Shown in pieces: positions 39,121 through 42,666 of a DNA stretch of 42,666 bases. The position numbers and the translations under genes are program-made. The notes below the pieces were generated by a model. It did no database searches. It was not told the origin of the DNA and worked only from the letters and a program-made list of their open reading frames with translations. Origin of the DNA: Phycisphaerae bacterium (GTDB lineage: Bacteria; Planctomycetota; Phycisphaerae; JAJVII01); the NCBI GenBank assembly GCA_028706835.1, contig JAQTVL010000001.1, positions 1-42,666 of the forward strand, given 5' to 3'. Positions within the stretch are counted from its first letter, which is position 1; every line of letters starts with the position of its first letter.

Positions 39121-39193
39121 GTGTCCAGTGTCCAGTGTTCAGTGGCCGGTGTCCAGTTGTTTGTCTGGCCACCGGCCACTGGCCACTGCCCAC
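39121..39193. repeat. heptamer-built imperfect hairpin (family 1)
   Basis: GTGTCC AGTGTCC AGTGTTC AGTGGCC GGTGTCC AG - TTGTTTGT - CTGGCCA CCGGCCA CTGGCCA CTGCCCACT. Confidence 0.75.
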
Positions 39194-39778
39194 TCAAAAC
39201 AGCCTCCCTTGCCTCTCCTCATCCCCCGCCTCGCCGCCCAGCCCGGCATGGGCCTGGCTGACCCAGAACGGGAGCGGGTTCTCCACAAAGTACTCGCCGC
39301 CGGCGACGGGCCATTTTAGTGCGGGGTACCGGGTCCGGGTACCGAGTACCGAGCAGGGATTGCCGACGCGAACGACGTGGTAGGCCCCGGGGGCGAAGCG
39401 CAGGGCGAACCACCAGCGGGCCTCGGCGGGCGGCCCCTCGACCACCAGCAGCTTGTCGCGGGCGACCCGGCCGGGCTTGCTCGCGAAATGGTACACGCGG
39501 TTGGCCCGGGCCTGCCAGTGGAATCTCCGCACCGCAGCGTCGACCAGGTTCTCGCGGCTCTCCTCGGCGTGGACCCGCGGCTTGCACTCCAGCGGCAGCG
39601 CGAGGCCGCCGACGACCACGAGAAAATCAAAATGCGGCACGCGGTCCCCGCAGTACTCCGCCGGCAATCGCCACTCGGCCAGGGTCCGCGCCCACTCCGC
39701 CTCCAGCCGGCTGGCATATTTTCCCGTCCGCGCCGCCGGCCGCGAATACCCGACCGGCAGTTCCTCACCGACCCCCAT
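39194..39778 (-). CDS. putative PD-(D/E)xK-type nuclease
   Basis: Starts at ATG 39778 after GAGGAGGG. YASRLEAEWARTLA...HFDFLVV...LPLECKP resembles the D...ExK core. Weak call. Confidence 0.4.
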   Translation of the reverse strand: MGVGEELPVGYSRPAARTGKYASRLEAEWARTLAEWRLPAEYCGDRVPHFDFLVVVGGLALPLECKPRVHAEESRENLVDAAVRRFHWQARANRVYHFASKPGRVARDKLLVVEGPPAEARWWFALRFAPGAYHVVRVGNPCSVLGTRTRYPALKWPVAGGEYFVENPLPFWVSQAHAGLGGEAGDEERQGRLF

Positions 39779-39801
39779 TTTTCCCTCCTCCGTACTCGGC
39801 A

Positions 39802-40176
39802 CTACGCCCACGGGACCGGATACCCCAGCACTGGCCGGCGGTCCTCGGGGCCGCGTTCCCCCTCGCGCCGCCAGTGGAGCATGATGTCGGCGTGGCGCTC
39901 CGAGACGAACCTGACGCTCCGCGACGAGAGCCGGAACACGCGGCCGTAGGTCGAGCGGATATCGCCGCACTGCGGCACGCGGTGGTCGGCCAACAGCACG
40001 GCGGCAGACGGCAGCGGCCCGCCGCGGGCAAAGGCCACCAGCAGCCAGGGCGGCTCATCGAACCGGCGGCGATCGAAGACCTCGGCCATCTTCACGACCA
40101 CGCCCTCCTCCTCCTTGTCCGCCGGGCATTCCTCCCGCCGGCCAAAGGCCCGCCAGATGCTTTTCAAAAACATCAT
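39802..40176 (-). CDS. hypothetical protein
   Basis: 124 aa from ATG 40176 after GGGGAGGG. Its start overlaps the stop region of the upstream gene. Confidence 0.45.
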   Translation of the reverse strand: MMFLKSIWRAFGRREECPADKEEEGVVVKMAEVFDRRRFDEPPWLLVAFARGGPLPSAAVLLADHRVPQCGDIRSTYGRVFRLSSRSVRFVSERHADIMLHWRREGERGPEDRRPVLGYPVPWA

Positions 40177-40361
40177 TCCCTCCCCACTTCCTTTTCCCTG
40201 GTCGAGATCCTGCGGCCGCAATGCCGGCACTCCCGTCGCCGGAAGATTTTGCCGAATTGCCTCCGGGTATAGATCACGTAGAAGTGCCGGCAGCCGCAGG
40301 TCTGGCAGACCAGCCCGGCCGGCTCCTCGGATTTCTCGTTCGCCTGATCGGCTGTGCTCAT
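40173..40361 (-). CDS. small zinc-ribbon protein (Ogr/Delta-like spacing CxxC-N22-CxxC)
   Basis: 62 aa MSTADQ...CQTCGC...CRHCG. The rest of ORF 40173-40970 overlaps the terminase gene and is discarded. Confidence 0.45.
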   Translation of the reverse strand: MSTADQANEKSEEPAGLVCQTCGCRHFYVIYTRRQFGKIFRRRECRHCGRRISTREKEVGRE

Positions 40362-40371
40362 AGGTCGTGAT

Positions 40372-40390
40372 GCGTGGTTCGTGGCTCGTG
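40372..40390. repeat. half element GCGTGGTTCGTGGCTCGTG (third flavour, left arm only)
   Basis: Matches 33036-33051. Fills the terminase-to-zinc-ribbon spacer. Confidence 0.6.
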
Positions 40391-42562
40391 CTACCTTCGC
40401 CCCCACTTCTTCCGCTGGATCTCCGAAAACCGCATCCTCTTCCTCGCCGGCCCCCGCAGCTCCAGCCCGGGCACGTGCACGCCGGCGACGCTGGCCGCCA
40501 CGGTGGCCCCCACGACGCAGTCGAAGATGTGGTTGTCGCGCCCGGCGACGAGCTGCCACTCGTCGATCGTGCGTCCGCGGCCCTCCACGCGCTCCGGGTA
40601 CTCGGCGGTCATCTGGTCGGCCAGCATGCGATGGTCGCCGGTCCAGACCGAGAGCGAGGTCCGCTCGCCCAACGGCGCGCGCCACCGCGTGGCGACCTGG
40701 CTCTTCCAGTAGTTCGTGTCCCACAAGCAATGCCGCACGGGCAGATCCTCGGCCCGCGTGATCCGCCAGTTGTCGCCGACCTGGTCCCCCCGCGCCGGCT
40801 TGTATTCGCCCAGCGATTTCTTGGCGGCGCCCACGTAGCGCCCATGCGAAGGCAGGATCCTCGCCGCATGCTTCGAGGCCCGGGCCCACTGCTTGACCAA
40901 CCGCGTTTTCCAGTTGGCGTCGACCAGCAGGATCTTCATCTGGTGGGCCGAGCCGCCATCGCCGATCCATTCCCGGCCCAACAGCAGCTCGGCGACCTGA
41001 TCCAAGCCCCAGAGGATGGCCGCCTCCTCGCCGCCGCCCTCGGCGCCGACCCGGCCGCTCCGCGCAAAGACCTGCTCCAGCGTGATCGAGACCTGGTCAT
41101 GCGTGAAGTACTCGACCTGCTGCCGCGGGAAGGTGCCCCAGTCCACGACGGCTCCTGTAAAATCCGACTCCCAAGCCAGGGCCGCCCAATAGAGGACCTC
41201 CTTGTGCACGTCGCAGAATCCGGTCAGCACGTTCTGGGCCGCGGTGATCACGCCCCGGGCCAACCCGTTCTGCTTGCCGAGGATTTCCTCGCGCGTCAGG
41301 GCCGCCACCCGGCGTTCATCCTTGAGCGGCCGCTGCTGCTGCTCCGCGGCGAAAGCATACGGGTCTGCCAGCTTGAGGTTCATCTGGTGCTGCAGCCCGG
41401 AGATCTCGTCCTCGTTGAACCGCTCCTCCCAGGCCACCTTGGCGCCGGCGTCCATCGCCTCTCGGTTCGCCGCGTAGAACTCGGTCGCGTCCTCGATCCC
41501 CCGGCCCGCGCGCAGCCCTTCGGCCCGGATCCGGGCGTACTCGTCCCACAGCTTCTCGTCGGTCGGGAAGGCATACACGGCCGGCAGCCGCTCCCCGTCC
41601 CACTCCGGGTGCGTCTGGCGATCGAGGAGCTGGTCGGCGACGTCCCCTTCCGCGATGACGGTGCAAGGCATGATGGCGGCGATCTTCTGCCCCGGGCCCG
41701 CCAGGTTCAGCACCGCGCCGCAGAGCACTCTCAACCTCCGCTCACACTGGCCAGGCGAGCGGGCCGACTGATCGGTCTGCGGATCGTCGACGATCACCAG
41801 TCCCGGGCGCACAGCGGTCCCATCCGCGCGCTTGTGCTTCGCCCCGCGGATCGCCGCGGTGAGTCCGGCCGCCCGGAGCACGACCCCCGCCGCCGCCGAC
41901 CCCTCGACATTCGGCAGCACCAACACCCGGTCCTTCCACTGGATCTCGGTCGGCTTGCCGTTGAGGAGCTGGCCCTTGCATCGCTGGGTGATCCCCTCCA
42001 TTTCCCGGATCGGCAGACACACCTCGGGAAAATCCTCGGCGAGCAAGTCGTTATGGGCGAGCTCCGACTTGATCGAGCTGAGCATATCCACGGCGTGCCC
42101 CAGATCGGCCCCGATGATGAGGATAAAGAGCCGGTACCCGTGCAGCGCGGCCCACTCGCAGGCCACCTCGCACAGCGTTGTCTTCCCCGTTCCGCGCGGC
42201 ATGGCCAGCGCGAAGCACCCTCCGACCCTGATCGCTCGCTCGGCCTTCCCGATCACGGTGAGGTGATCGGGCGACCAGGGCAGCGCGAACAGGTCCGGGT
42301 GATAGGTCTTGGCGTGGAACGCGAGCGACTCCTTCGCCTTCTCTCTGCGCTTGGGCCTGGCGATCGCCGGCAGCGGTCCGATCTCCCGTCCCGTCTCGGA
42401 GAGCTCCGCCCTTCGTCGTCTCGCCTCCTCCTTGACCCTCGCGTAATCGTCGCGTTTCGGCCGGGGTTTGGCCGGCGGCTTTGGCGCGGGCTTGCCCGGC
42501 CGCTTCGGCTTGGGCTTCGGCCCGGGTTTGCTCGGCTGCTTGGCCGCCCGCTTTTTTCTCAC
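40391..42562 (-). CDS. terL: terminase large subunit, GpA (lambda) family, with a Lys/Pro-rich N-terminal extension
   Basis: Walker A MPRGTGKTT and LVIVDDPQTD (Walker B-like). Size, layout and the downstream W/portal order match the lambda A-W-B order. GTG start. First ~40 aa are KPGPKPKPKRPGKPAPKPPAKPRPK. Confidence 0.8.
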   Translation of the reverse strand: MRKKRAAKQPSKPGPKPKPKRPGKPAPKPPAKPRPKRDDYARVKEEARRRRAELSETGREIGPLPAIARPKRREKAKESLAFHAKTYHPDLFALPWSPDHLTVIGKAERAIRVGGCFALAMPRGTGKTTLCEVACEWAALHGYRLFILIIGADLGHAVDMLSSIKSELAHNDLLAEDFPEVCLPIREMEGITQRCKGQLLNGKPTEIQWKDRVLVLPNVEGSAAAGVVLRAAGLTAAIRGAKHKRADGTAVRPGLVIVDDPQTDQSARSPGQCERRLRVLCGAVLNLAGPGQKIAAIMPCTVIAEGDVADQLLDRQTHPEWDGERLPAVYAFPTDEKLWDEYARIRAEGLRAGRGIEDATEFYAANREAMDAGAKVAWEERFNEDEISGLQHQMNLKLADPYAFAAEQQQRPLKDERRVAALTREEILGKQNGLARGVITAAQNVLTGFCDVHKEVLYWAALAWESDFTGAVVDWGTFPRQQVEYFTHDQVSITLEQVFARSGRVGAEGGGEEAAILWGLDQVAELLLGREWIGDGGSAHQMKILLVDANWKTRLVKQWARASKHAARILPSHGRYVGAAKKSLGEYKPARGDQVGDNWRITRAEDLPVRHCLWDTNYWKSQVATRWRAPLGERTSLSVWTGDHRMLADQMTAEYPERVEGRGRTIDEWQLVAGRDNHIFDCVVGATVAASVAGVHVPGLELRGPARKRMRFSEIQRKKWGRR

Positions 42563-42666
42563 GGTGCCTGTCGCTCTATCCTGTGTTCAGGCCTCCCCGC
42601 CGCGCCCCGCCGTCCGGGGCCCCGCCGCAGAACCCCGCGCAAACAAACTCACTTTTTCTTGCCGAG

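Larger units (their letters stand above)
1..42666 (-). mobile_element. temperate siphovirus-like phage genome or prophage (lambda/HK97-like morphogenesis module, integrase, early/replication region)
   Basis: Co-linear minus-strand genes for terminase, portal, protease-capsid, connectors, tail, tape measure, fibres, integrase, and early genes such as ParB, methylase and HNH. No obvious host housekeeping genes. Confidence 0.85.

Noticed and set aside
25017-39193. The heptamer repeats as a CRISPR array or as coding repeats. They translate to strings such as SGQWSVVSVQWS and LATGHWPLATGHW in several listed ORFs.
   Set aside because: There is no regular repeat-spacer periodicity, and the copies are single hairpins dispersed over 14 kb. 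The ORFs crossing them are artefacts, because the elements fall exactly between well-supported genes.
39325-39353. GGTACCG GGTCCG GGTACCG AGTACCG AG tandem units, as another intergenic-type element.
   Set aside because: They lie inside the open reading frame of the putative nuclease (...SVLGTRTRYPALKW...). No complementary arm is nearby. I cannot exclude that the gene model is wrong here, but there is no independent support.
40362-40970. Upstream part of the 265-aa ORF 40173-40970, which overlaps the 3' end of the terminase gene.
   Set aside because: Only the last 62 codons (40173-40361) lie outside the terminase gene and look like a real zinc-ribbon protein. The rest is an out-of-frame overlap with Arg-rich composition.
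1-42666. Terminal direct repeats or cos-like overlap between the two window ends.
   Set aside because: No similarity was seen by eye between the first and last ~60 nt. Circularity or permutation therefore cannot be inferred from the sequence alone.

Overview
High-GC window (not computed) that reads as one nearly complete temperate lambda/HK97-like siphovirus genome or prophage. Almost every gene is on the minus strand, many coupled by ATGA start/stop overlaps. From the right end on the minus strand: GpA-type large terminase; a 2.4-kb accessory island containing the only convincing plus-strand gene pair; a gpW-like protein; a lambda-type portal; a fused prohead protease/scaffold/major capsid gene; a DUF2190-type decoration protein; connector proteins; an 874-aa Gly-rich fibre protein whose C-terminus looks like a tail terminator; a small major tail protein; a tail chaperone with an A_AAA_AAC -1 frameshift site; tape measure; a distal tail protein; a 1654-aa fibre with 12 tandem ~100-aa domains; and a four-gene coupled cassette with Cys-rich proteins and a glycosyltransferase-like protein. 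Next come a tRNA-Lys 3' fragment (candidate att core), a small cargo island, a tyrosine integrase and two tandem initiator-like tRNA genes with abnormal anticodon loops. The early region follows: DUF4031, a putative replication protein carrying iterons, ParB-like, HNH, GNAT, Dam-like methylase, HTH regulator, DUF1353, trypsin-like protease and SNase-like nuclease. The least explained signals are a family of heptamer-built hairpins filling late-operon spacers next to SD-less start codons, the odd tRNAs, and the lambda-ori-like iterons. No CRISPR array, reverse transcriptase, small terminase or classical endolysin/holin was recognised. All family calls rest on motif recognition by eye, not on searches.
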